Assembly (NCBI GenBank): GCA_002633005.1
Contig: NMRA01000097.1
Coordinates: 260,686 to 324,685 of the forward strand
DNA from: Phoronis australis
Lineage: Eukaryota > Animalia > Phoronida
Direction: 5' to 3'
DNA: 64,000 nucleotides
Of this stretch, positions 13,495 to 25,585 are shown piece after piece. The notes beneath the pieces were generated by a model that was not told the DNA's origin, did no database searches, and saw only the letters and a list, made by a program, of their open reading frames with translations. A program made the translations under genes and the position numbers. Each line of letters starts with the position of its first letter. Positions within the stretch are counted from its first letter, which is position 1.

Positions 13495-14106
13495 CTGCAA
13501 GTGAAAGAGCACAAAGTATATTCATAGGAAAGTGGACACTTTCATAAAAATATCCGGAGTGCGGTTTGCATCGAACTGCGTTCAGTTGGCCAAGGGTCTC
13601 GTAAAGCACTCCCAACTGTTCGCTGATGAAACGAGAACAATGCATAATTCCAGTTTCACCAGTTACCGAACGAAGCTTCCACATTTCACTCCCGTAATTT
13701 TGTATAATTTTGCGTGATCTTTATTTTCCTTACTATCTAGCTTGCGTAGTAGCAGGGGCGGATCCAAGATTTTGAGTTACGGGCATAGGAACAACCAGAA
13801 TGTTTCCTCATGCGCGCGCCCAATCTAAAATGTAAGGATGAAGAGAGTCCCGAATTATTGGGGTTCCAGACCTTATTAATAAAGAACGGGGTTGTTCAAC
13901 GCCTATGCAATGTGCCTCGANNNNNNNNNNNNNGGGGAGCATGGCCCCCTTGCCCCCCCCCCCCCAAGTCCTCTACTGAGTAGGTACGTGTAACGCTGCG
14001 ATTATTTTGGATAAATATCGTGACTTCTGGAAAGCAATACGCGGAGTGCAGGTTGGTCTCACGTGATTATATTTTGTGAAAGTGACGTTTTCGAGAACAC
14101 TCTTAC

Positions 14107-14332
14107 ACAGTGAAGTTTGGTGTTGGTTATCGGAAACGTCGTCCGATCTGTGGAACAACGCTTGATAAATTAATGTTGAAATAGGTCCAGGCTTTGAACA
14201 TTCGGCTCCGTTGAAGGTCAGGTACCATCGGGAACATCCGGGTGTGGTGATGGACGCCAGTGCCTGTCCCAGATCTCCGTTGAACTGTACCGCTAGCAAA
14301 CTCTGAGATGACTTCTTGGTGTACGTGGCCGA
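14107..14332 (-). CDS. CTHRC1-like domain 3, exon b
   Basis: CCTCAG|TCG...CTGT|GTAAGA, 226 nt, phase 0->1. Encodes SATYTKKSSQSLLAVQFNGDLG...GCSRWYLTFNGAECSKPGPISTLIYQ. Confidence 0.9.
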
Positions 14333-14813
14333 CTGAGGACGACATAAAATATACAAGAACATCTCACTGAATAACTAGGTGAACGTTATACGATAGCGTG
14401 GAAGTGAGCACAACCCAGTCAACATTACAGTTCTGGACCAGTACTGCCCCATTACCGTCCACGATACTGTCCCAGTACCGCGTGCAGGCCTGTACTGGCA
14501 CAATAACGTCGTGTACACTGGCAAACGTACTGGACCTGTGCTTTGTATTTTGAAAATCAGTAGGATGTAGCGATGGTTCAATCACGCTTTCTAGCTACTT
14601 TTGAACAGCCCAAATGTTCCGCACAAGGTTTTGTAACTAGCGTTCAACACCGTTACAATATGTCAACCACTCGGTCGACTGGGACAAATTGTTGTCTACG
14701 GAAGAGCAAAAATTGTTAAGTACAATCCACGAGGATTTCGAAAATTAGGTAGAAATACACATGTACACTCTGGGTGCACGCAGACCCCCGTTACAACTAG
14801 AATATTTACTCAC

Positions 14814-14917
14814 AGCGCGCTCAATATGCCCGTTGCTTGTACTATCATTCAACGCCCAACTCCATTGGTGAAAGTTGTACTCGGGCAATCGCTGGGTGCT
14901 CCCGTCAGGTGTCTTTA
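14814..14917 (-). CDS. CTHRC1-like domain 3, exon a
   Basis: CAACAG|TA...GCT|GTGAGT, 104 nt, phase 1->0. Encodes KTPDGSTQRLPEYNFHQWSWALNDSTSNGHIERA. Confidence 0.82.
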
Positions 14918-15220
14918 CTGTTGGCAAATGAAATACCGCGTACAAGACATTCCCTAACAACCAGTGCTAAAACTACAGGCGACTAACGACGTAATGTTAC
15001 ATTAAATTCCAACAGCAATCAGAAAACTACATGTATGTACAGCGCACAATTAGGCAGTAACATTTTTCTCTAACTGTAAACAATAAACAAGTAAACAATA
15101 TTATGTGTGACGGAATTGTTCATGTTTTAATAAAACCAACAACAGTCAAATTAAGTAAAAAGAACCAGCTTGGAGCGCCATCTCAGAATTGAAAACTCCA
15201 TATCTTTTAAAGAGCAGTAC

Positions 15221-15373
15221 CTGCACTGATGTCAAGGTCATAGCGAATTTCTTCCACGATAATTTTGCTTGTGGTGTTCCAGCCCGTATAGCCGTCCATA
15301 GAACCCTCCGGTCTGGCAATATGAATTTGAATGGATATCAGTCCTTCTGCGATGTTGTCGCACAAGCCTTCAA
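15221..15373 (-). CDS. CTHRC1-like domain 2, exon c
   Basis: CCGTAG|TT...GCAG|GTACT, 153 nt, phase 1->1. Encodes EGLCDNIAEGLISIQIHIARPEGSMDGYTGWNTTSKIIVEEIRY. Confidence 0.88.
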
Positions 15374-17769
15374 CTACGGAAGGAAAACAAATCAACCAAT
15401 CTTGAGAGAAAGTCTATAATCTGTTTCTATTGAGGTGTTCCAAAACTCGCTGTCGTGGAGCATGTTAGTTTTCAGCCATCCTAGTTTTCTTATGAGCCTA
15501 AATCAGAGCCTCGAGAAACCACAGAGGCGGCTGGAATGACACCCAATTGGTGCGAGACGGCCAGTCGTCTCCCTTCTCACCAGTTTGTTTAATCAACATT
15601 TTTTTCAGGGAAATGCAGAATGCCAGGTCATTGTTTAGAAATTTAGCTTTACAGCCAAGCGCCTGAAATATCGGACTCTGTGGCATCCCATCATGTACAT
15701 GAATCACTGGATATATTACGGACTGTCGTATTTTTTACTGTAATAAAAGTACATTAAAACTAATTTCCATCTTACTAAACCTTGTCAACGAAAGCTACTT
15801 TAAGTTCTGAGTGATCTTTTTGGAACTCAACCAGGAAACAGTCAGAAAGCCTAAACATTGGACACCACGTTGCCATTAAGCTGATTATCCTAAGCAACTG
15901 CACCGCCTATGAACGCCTCAGACGTGCAAAGTCGATAGCATACCAAGCAAAAGTGTCTTATTTCAAAACACAGCAAAACGACTTTGAATGAAGCATGCAT
16001 ATATACTATATATACGCAATGAGTTATAATTACCGAATAACATTGCAAGACAATTTAATTGACAAATTTTCAGGGTGCTCTTTTGAAACGAACCCCGGTG
16101 TAAAACAGGTATTGTGGAGCGAAAAACTACACTATTGCACCTTCAAAACAGCCAACCAGGCTGAAAACTCGAACCCTAACCTTTAAAACGGGAACCACGA
16201 GGATAGGACAGGATAGCCAGAGACCAAAACGCCACTCCTTCACTTTCTATCAAATGTTGTTTGATGGAAAATAACCCCACCTAATTTAAGTAGCTGTTGT
16301 GATATGTCATTTTACAATCGGGATAATTTTAGATATACGCATGACCGAATGGCGTTCTACGTCTGCGGCGATGCGATCTTTTGCGTCGGCATTCGGCGCC
16401 TGATGTAATATTGCGTCACCTATTGGGCAGTTCAATCTCTGTTCTTCTTCCACGAAGTTGCGAAGATGTCAAACATATTATTCAACAATGGCACTCAAAA
16501 GTTGAAATAATATTTTTGAAAATAATTTTGGAGAAACTATTGAATAATTTGAAATTAACTAAATACTCAAGCAGATGACAACGTAATGAGGGTTATTGTT
16601 TAAGATTATGTTGAAATTCGCACTCAGACAAGTTGCACGAGTGTTACCGAAAAAAATCCAATAGCAACGTCAATATAATAATAGTTTTGTTATATTATTG
16701 GAAATTTTTAACTATTAAATGCAGAAAACAACTGCAAAGTACTTGAAGGTGCTATTACTCAAATTCTGAGAGTACTGACAACGGTCTCAAAATTTTTTCT
16801 TGGTATCAAGAACATAAAAACAAAGACATCAAAGACAAAAAAGCAAGCCATCCTCAATCCTAACACACACACAAGCGAGCAAGCGCGCGCTCGCACACCC
16901 GCCCCCACAACGTACCCACACACTTATAGTAGAATGTTGTCCGGAAAACGTTGTGGATGACTAGTATCTCAGGGTGACCTGGCATTCATTTAGATTACCT
17001 TTATCTACTTATACGCAAGCCAAAATCATTGATACTTTTTACCCTACAACACCAAACTGAGTATTATTTCTATCAATAAGTTTATGTTATTGCATTCGAA
17101 AAGGATGTGATCGACCCTGTACTGTTTCAGTTTGTGACTAGCGGAAAGTACATGCATCAGAGTACACTGAGTTAAATGTTTCCGAAAATAGTTCTTTACA
17201 TGTATTCTATGTAACATTTAAAACTGCATTGTATATAACTTGTAGTCTAGTTGCCAGCCTAATAACTCCCATAGTGAACCCTGCAATGTTGATTACTTTA
17301 TTTTTTTGTTGAAATATATTAAAAATGATCAGGAGAACAAAATTAGCTTGGTTGCACTTAGTGCAACATTGTGCATTTTTTTGCAATTCAAGATGGCGGT
17401 TTCCGCCATTTTAAATTTCGACCAACTTTGTTTTTTTCAACTTGGTGATTAACAGGGTCATGTAATACATTGTTTATACCATTTTCTGTGATGGGGAGTC
17501 CATTTTTGGTTTTATTTTCTTAATACGGGTTCATTTTTAAGGTTAATCCATAGGTCAAAGGTCAAAACTGCCTGGCAGCCTTCTGTCATTTTTTTAACTC
17601 ATTATTTTCCATTTCCTTCGTTAACCTCTTCAAGATATATTTTCAAAATGCTCACTATTACATACATGTACTATAGTGGGCCAAACTGTTTGATCACAAG
17701 TTTCATGAGGGTTGTATGGCATGGAAATGCACAAACGATCAGCAGTTCAATGCTCGTGCGTCTAGTATG

Positions 17770-18406
17770 GTTACTGCCCATTACTCCAAAAATACTCCGA
17801 AAAACCTCTACTCCGAAGAAACCCACGTCCCCTCCAAATATGAACGCATTTGTTTTATTTCATAACCTAATACATCCGCGCTCCCAATCTAAAATATTGG
17901 GGGCTCGAATTTTTGGCAATGTAGACCTTTTACAAACAAAAAACATAGAACTAAAAAACGGGATATCACGTTCAGGGCCATGAATTGTGCATTCGCGCCT
18001 TTTTAGTGGACTTTTGTCTCGTTTTCTCAGACTTTTTGTGGTTTTGAGGGGAACGTTTTTGCCACTTCTTCAAATGGATGGCTCGTTCGAGCTCTCCGAG
18101 CCACCCCCTTGGGTGAGCGCATACAGTGTATGATACATTTTCTCTCGATCAAGTGAACCTCAAAGAAGATAGGATACAAGAGTTGTTAACTACAAACACA
18201 GTAATAATGGCAAAAATAAGTCATTAGACTTCATTGTCCAAATTTGTTTTTGTTTGGGTATTTTGTTAGTTTGTAACAAATTAATAAATCGTTAGTGAAA
18301 TTTTGAGAAAATTTCGGAAGATCGAGTAAAATGTCGTAGTAACGGTGTTTTTTCGGAGTAGACGACCTTCGGAGTAGCTGTTTTTTCGGAGTAGTGGCAT
18401 GGGCCA
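17770..18406. mobile_element. MITE nested in the Academ element
   Basis: TACTCCGAA repeats at the left end are mirrored by TTCGGAGTAG repeats at the right end. Confidence 0.55.
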
Positions 18407-20725
18407 TCGGATTATTAACCTCTTACACTCCAGTGTAGTCAACGGTAAGGCTTGAACAGATGCTCTGTAGGTTTACAGTCTCATCACAGACATGATGTAA
18501 CTCCATGTCTACTCAAATGGGGCCAAGTCTCATGAAGAGCTGGTGGTTTACCTAAAGATGGTCCTTCGACAACCGTCTTAAGGAGACCTTTTCTTCATAG
18601 CAGGCCACCATAATTGTGTACGGCACTTGCGCTGGTGTAGCATTCTTCAAAATAAACCAAACGGCGTGGAATTTTTTTTGGCCTAGAATGCAATAGCGTC
18701 TCCATATACGTTGTCTTAATTTTCACAATTTGCACGTAACTTCATTCATAAATAAACAATAAACGACTAAGCGCAATAACGTCAACCTAAACTACGAGAA
18801 AACTTCGACAAAAGTGCGATAAGCATTCAACTAAGATGCCAAACATTTCTGGCAAGAAGTTTATACCAAGTTTAGCAGCGTGACGGAGTTCTTTCGAATT
18901 TTGTTTTGAAGTTTGCTGTGGGTGGAACACCTGTCCAATAATGCCAAGAAGTTCCACTCGAAGCTGCACGCGCACGTGGATGACAAGACCGCTGTAGTAT
19001 CTGTTGACCTATTGTAAGAACAGGCGTACCGTATATCAATAGAGTAAAAGGTTCTGGGGTTATAAGCTCAGCATTTTAATGAGAGCCGAGCAATTAAGTG
19101 GTCATGTGGTTAACAGTGGGTGTGCGCAGCTTGATCCTGCCATGGAGAATATAAATCATGTGGAATGAAGGTGGTGAAGAGCAAACGTCACGTAGTGGAG
19201 TGACAGTAAAAAGACTAAGTACAAGAAGGGAGTAGTGGACCTGGACGAGGATGACTAGACAAAGATTGCAGAGCAGATATAGAAGCACAGACAGCAGATC
19301 ACTCACCAGCTGTCAATTCTCCCATAACTTCTGCAGTCGCCGAGTAGATTCCAGAACGAGCTGGCCATTGGGCATGAGCAGAGCATTCAGATTTTTAGTT
19401 TTGGTGAGCAGTGAATATTACAAAGCAATTAGTAAAATGTCAAAATGCTGGAGATGCTGAAGAAGCCTGTACTGCTAATGGAATGACATTGCGTTTAAAC
19501 GTTGTTCAGTTGCGTGTTAGTCGTAAGCCAGCAATTTAACATTAAGATAGCTTTTTTAATTCGTTTATTTACCCAGAAAGCCTATCATTAATGTATAGCA
19601 GATACGGCTGGGGTTGGGTAGCACCAACTACAGATCTTTACAACTTATTAGAGTATAATACACTGTACATATTATTAATTGAACAAATAAGTATTTGGAA
19701 AATGCATAGCTGATATCTTTCAGTATGAACTTATTGAGTCCACTCACTATAGCCCAGATCGGCAAATACGGCAGTCTGAGGAAGGGTGACAATGCCATTG
19801 TGGTCAAATCTCTTCGATCGCATTATGTCCCAAATAATTCTGCTCCGAAGGTGGTGTTGGTTGTAGATTTAGGTAGCCTTCTAGCCTTCTATCCTTTTGG
19901 CTGTGAAACAATTATTCGCTTTGCAGAAAAATATGACCACGAAGATCCCTACACAAAGGACCCTGAGACGATAACATGAGGAAAAGTTGAGGAATTCATG
20001 CTAACCCCTGTTCTTAAACACCCCTTTTGCCGCTAAACTATTCTACATAACGCTATGTTAAACAACCTTTTATGTGTATGAAGCTATTCCCTTCTATTCA
20101 ACATCGAGTGGGTCATGAAGAGCCACTGTGTAGTTACACATGGTGAAGCAGACGCTGTATAGGTAAATGCTGAAAGTGATGGAAGAAGGCACCCACATCA
20201 TCAGAATCTCTTGTGACAACACTGACGTCTCCGAGCTCTTGATTTATGGGACGACTAATATGCCAGTAGACGTAAAGACTCAAAGGAACAAGTGGAATGG
20301 TAGTATTTCGGACAAGTGCCGCCAGCATGAGAGGTCACAAGACGGGAGGGTACTGGACAGAGAAAAGTTCTTGGTTTGAACGTGCTGTCAGAGACGCCAA
20401 TAACCCCTCTCTGAGTAGACAAGGAGGAGCCAAATTGAACTGATCGCAGTCACCGACACGTGGTCAGTTAACTTTGAAGCTGTTCTCCATGAACACCGAC
20501 GCATGGGGTGGTGAAAGTTTCTCGAGAACCAGTTAGTCATCAATCGTCAGTAGAAGAAGACAGGTGGCTCCGCAAACTTGGGAACTTTATTTTATTTTAT
20601 AATAAGTTCCACAAGTCATAGTTTATGAGTTTTCCATGGATTAGTACAGTGCCCATCCTAGTTTACGTATATGTAACTTGCATGAATTACGTGTAATCTA
20701 TTCACATTTTCCTATGCACTATATG

Positions 20726-20930
20726 AGGAGGCAGTGTGACTTAGTGTACTTCCTCTTCGCAAGGTTGTGTTTTCGAGTCACACGGGGCAAACTTATGGTC
20801 GCCTGATTCAAGTCCCCAGATACTTAGCCCTGTATCAACTAATAAAGCATAAAGATGGTCCAAGGTGATCATTCCGAAGGGCCTTCCTGAGCGCCATGCC
20901 TAGGTATGGTACAAAAATAATTTAAACTAG
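20726..20930 (+). mobile_element. Possible degenerate tRNA-derived SINE
   Basis: A-box-like GTGTGACTTAGTG and B-box-like GTTTTCGAGTCAC with an A-rich tail; motifs are weak. Confidence 0.3.
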
Positions 20931-21779
20931 TAATTGAGATGTTGGGAGATTATCTTATTTCATTCTTTACACAATGGAATCAAAGAAAGGATAATTCAGC
21001 GTAGCCAACAAATTTAACATTTCGTTGCGCAAAAGAGCTGAATTTTCGTTGTTTCAGTTCAACGTGACTTTTGACCTTTCATTTGACCTTGACTTTGACC
21101 TTGATCCATAAAATAATATCATAAATGGACTCTCCGTCCCATAAAACATTAGAAACCATGAATTGCAGGATCCTACACGGTATCATGTTCAGAGTGTGGA
21201 AATTATGCGAAATTCAAGATGGCGGAAGCCCCTATTTTGAATTATAAAAAATGTTCAAAGATGCAACCAAGTTAATTTTGTTCTCCTAACAACGTATAAT
21301 AAATTTCAAAAAGAAAACTTTACAGTAAACAACATTGCAGGGTCAACTTTTTGGCGACTAGACTATTGAAATTATAAGTAGTCTTAAAAGACAATTACTT
21401 TATATTTTTCCAGTCACCACTTCTAAAGTTATAGCCTTCTTCTTGAAACATTTTTGGGCAATAGGCAAATTTTTGTTCTGCCAAACAATTTCTTATATTA
21501 TTTCACATATTGACACGAAGTTAAAAAAATACGTATCTTAAAAGGTATTATTGGTCCATTTACCTTGATTAACTGAATTTGTAACGGTGTTCTCTTCAGA
21601 AACGACCTATTTCAAATATGTGTATGTATATTCGAGAACTCTATAAATTCAATGAATGAGTAAAATCTGTTATTTTCATTAAGTGGATCATTAATAAAAA
21701 GAACACCACCACTAGCATACTTGCTAAAGATAGATTTTATGTCTATTAGTATTTAATCAGTCTGCTATAAACGTGTTGA

Positions 21780-22104
21780 GAGTGTGTCATTCGCAACTTG
21801 ATATTCACCTACAGAGCTCCAATCATTGTTATCAGCAGTGCTTTTTCAATGACTTTGCAATAATACACCAGGCAGTAATAACAAATGAGCTTAAAATTCG
21901 TGAGGCTTTACACATCAGTTGGTGCAAGCCCAATCTCAATAGGCAACTAACACACCACAGGTTGTCATTGTTGGTCTAGTTCATTGTCACTCCCTGTAAC
22001 TGACTGTACATGTATCTGTGCTTGTTGCTGGGCCTAGCTAGGTGGCCACTGTATTATCACTTCTGAGGATGGTGTTGAATAAATGACACCGAAACATGTC
22101 AAGT
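21780..22104 (+). mobile_element. Penelope-like element 3' fragment (GIY-YIG endonuclease C-terminus + pLTR)
   Basis: HLQSSNHC...FAIIHQ...ELKIREALHISWCKPNLNRQL matches the Penelope EN tail (LxIxExLxI...PxLNxQ) and is followed by a hammerhead motif. Confidence 0.8.
22059..22104 (+). ncRNA. Minimal type I hammerhead ribozyme
   Basis: ACTT-CTGAGGA-T-GGTGTT(GAATAAAT)GACACC-GAAA-CATG-TC-AAGT. Stem I is ACTT/AAGT, the core is CUGANGA/GAAA, stem II is 6 bp, stem III is the palindrome ACATGT, and GUC cleavage is predicted after 22100. Confidence 0.85.
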
Positions 22105-22700
22105 CTTAAAACCGTTGTTGTTTTCTTGAAATTTATGGGGCTGTTTATTTATAAACATAGACCAGTTACTTCGAAATTCGTTCCAAAAAGGATTGGTTAC
22201 TTCGATATCATTTTTAATATAATGACTTCCAAAATTCATAGTTGACTTTGCAATCCCTGATCCAAGTTCAAATAATTTCACCCATTTTGATTAAGAGGTA
22301 CAGTAAGTAGTCATTTTATCCATGAAATTTCGATAGCCTTGTTAAAAAGATTTATATTCATCATTTTAACTCCCTCTTCCTTATAAGTTTTAATTAATAC
22401 ATTTCTCGTCACTCTCTCAACTTTGTTATTCCAAATCAACTTAAAAATGTTTGCGTTCAGTTCATTCATAATAATGTTTGATGGAGAAAGCAGTTTTGTC
22501 ATTATGTGAATAATTTTTGGCCCCATCAAGGTCTTTACAACTGTAGTTTTCCTACCATCTAAGAAAAATCTTGTATCATCGGCATACTCAGTAAGTATAA
22601 ATTAATCATTTTTATGTCGATTGTTTATAATTTCCCCATCTTGTTTCGTCATCATAGCTAATGCTTCAGCACATAAAATGCAAACATACAGTATAGTCTC
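22105..22700 (-). mobile_element. L1/Tx1-like LINE RT fragment
   Basis: On the minus strand: FILCAEALA, EYADDT, GRKTTVVKTL..PKIIH, IFKLIWNNK, NPFWNE. Partly duplicated at 24061-24530. Confidence 0.8.
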
Positions 22701-25585
22701 AGAAAATATGAAAGACTGTAAGGTTTCCTGTTTGATTCCCGGTTTTCTTGTTTTAAGGAACAAGGTTCTTGTTTTTTTATGCAGGTTAGCTGTTTTGAAG
22801 GTGCACGTGTCTGTTTTAGGGATATCTGTTTTACATCAACATTCTTGTTTCGATGGAACACTCTGAATTTACACAAATGCATGGACATCTGTCGAGGTTC
22901 ACTCGAGCCTCCCTTGCCTGGTAATGTTCTGAGGTAGTTACTTGAAATTACACCGTTTCACAAGTAGTCCAAACGAAAGAATTCCGCCGAATACGTGTAC
23001 ATGTATTTTTAAATGCTATTTCTGCAAGTGTCAGCCGCCAGATCTCGCATTTTTGCCTAACCCCCGTGACATCAAAACTTTTTGGTGGTTATCGCGCGAA
23101 TAAGTTTACGACGACCAAACGACTGGAGTATGTATCCTTTGTAAAAGTCACCTCAATTCCCGTAGACAAGGGTCATGGAAGATATTTATATAACCAGAAG
23201 AGATAACTTAAGACAATAAGCGACTTTTAAGCGACAATTTTTAGTGTACCGTGTATTTTATTTTGACGAGTTGAAAGCCACTGATTCGGTGACAGTATTC
23301 TACCACCGGTTTAAAACACAAACAATTGAGTTTATGTGTTCCTCGATCACCACTGACATCACTCACTACTAATAAAACATAAAGGTTGGGCACTAAAATC
23401 GATTTCCTCAGAATTTTTCGCCCAAACGTGCATGGAACTCTACGAAATCAGCATCGAAGAAATCGTCAAATACCCTCTCTCATTTCATCACGTCACGTTG
23501 CCTCGAGTGGTGATTTGACGACAAAAATGCCAAAATCACAAATTGTGCAAGGAGACTATTTGGCAACGTTCATGTCAGACAACCCTCGTGCATATCCAAA
23601 TTTTTCATGGTCGCTCCCGAAGCAATTCCGAAGCTCTGATTCCTTGCGCCCATGAATGTTTTTTCAGTGTCCTCCACATAATGATCTTTATAATCGAAAA
23701 AGCACGGATTGCTGGCTATACTAACGCAGGCCTATTACGAAATCTGACAGTTGCCGATGAGAGATTTTCTACGACTAAACGTTCAGACTAACATTACTTC
23801 AATGCTAAATTTAGTAAACCCGATCATTTAAATTGGGGACAATTTTCACAACTTTTTCTTGGCGGTTGCTTGCTCATGCTCGAGATTTTATCTTCGACAG
23901 ACGTGCAAGTACATGTATAAGTACAACTGAAATTCGCTATGTTAAATATTTAGCTTCCTTGAATTCAGAGTTTTCTGGTTGTTATAGAAATTCCGCCGCC
24001 AAATCACCCACAAGGACAATTTAAAGGGATCGGGGGAAAATAAGGCGATACCGATCTAANTGTGAATAATTTTTGGCCCCATCAAGGTCTTTACAACTGT
24101 AGTTTTCCTACCATCTAAGAAAAATCTTGTATCATCGGCATACTCAGTAAGTATAAATTAATCATTTCTTTGTCGATTGTTTTTAATTTCCCCATCTTGT
24201 TTCGTCATCATAGCTAATGCTTCAGCACATAAAATGCAAACATACAGTATAGTCTCAGAAAATATGAAAGACTGTAAAGGTTGGGCACTAAAATTGATTT
24301 CCTCAGAAGTTTACGCCCAAACGTGCATGGAACTCTACGAAATCAGCATCGAAGAAATCGTCAAATACCTTCTCTCATTTCATCACATCACGTTGCCTCG
24401 AGTGGTAAGTATAAATTAATCATTTCTTTGTCGATTGTTTTTAATTTCCCCATCTTGTTTCGTCATCATAGCTTATGCTTCAGCACATAAAATGCAAACA
24501 TACAGTATAGTCTCAGAAAATATGAAAGACTGTAAGGTTTCCTGTTTGATTCCCGGTTTTCTTGTTTTAAGGAACAAGGTTCTTGTTTTTTATGCAAGTT
24601 AGCTGTTTTGAAGGTGCACGTGTCTGTTTTAGGGATATCTGTTTTACCTCAACATTCCTGTTTCGATGGAACACTCTGAATTTACACAAATGCATGGACA
24701 TCTGTCGAGGTTCACTCGAGCTTCCCTTGCCTGGTAATGTTCTGAGGTAGTTTTAAGCGACAATTTTTAGTGTAACGTGTATTTTATTTTGACGAGTTGA
24801 AAGCCACTGATTCGGTGACAGTATTCTACCACCGGTTTAAAACACAAACAATTGAGTTTATGTGTTTCTCGATCACCACTGACATCACTCACTACTAATA
24901 AAACATAAAGGTTTGGCACTAAAATCGATTTCCTCAGAAGTTTACGCCCAAAGGTGCATGGAACTCTACGAAATCAGCATCGAAGAAATCGTCAAATACC
25001 TTCTCTCATTTCATCACATCACGTTGCCTCGAGTGGTGATTTGACGACAAAAATGCCAAAATCACAAATTGTGCATGGAGGCTATTTGGCAACGTTCATG
25101 TCAGACAACCCTCGTGCATATCCAAAATTTTCATGGTCGCTCCCGAAGCAATTCCGAAGCTCTGATTCCTCGCGCCCATGAATGTTTTTTCAGTGTCCTC
25201 CACATAATGATCTTTATAATCGAAAAAGCACGGAATGCTGGCTATACTAACGCAGGCCTACTACGAAATCTGACAGTTGCCGATGAGAGATTTTCTACGA
25301 CTAAACGTTCAGACTAACATTACTTCAATGCTAAATTTAGTAAACTCGATCATTTAAATTGGGGACAATTTTCACAACTTTTTCTTGGCGGTTGCTTGCT
25401 CATGCTCGAGATTTTATCTTCGACAGACGTGAAAGTACATGTATAAGTACAACTGAAATTCGCTATGTTAAATATTTAGCTTCTTTGAATTCAGAGTTTT
25501 CTGGTTGTTATAGAAATTCCGCCGCCAAATCACCCACAAGGACAATTTAAAGGGATCGGGGGAAAATAAGGCGATACCGATCTAA
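22505..25585. repeat. ~1.5-kb duplicate across the N at 24060 with structural differences (probable haplotypes)
   Basis: 22505-24059 vs 24061-25585 are highly similar. The second copy has an extra rearranged segment and lacks ~300 bp. Confidence 0.8.

Larger units (their letters stand above)
17243..21365 (+). mobile_element. Academ DNA transposon (defective)
   Basis: Termini TAGTCTAGTTGCCA / TGGCGACTAGACTA; ~320-bp imperfect TIRs; 3-bp TSD TTG/TTG. Relic coding motifs VLVVDLGSLL (~19850) and THGEAD...IIRISCDNTDVSELLIY (~20135-20250) resemble the Academ HEEAD..DTDV nuclease region. Confidence 0.8.

Noticed and set aside
23386-24024. Cluster of ORFs (duplicated at 24954-25550) as a gene
   Set aside because: No recognisable motifs or splice structure; the duplication is explained by the N-join.
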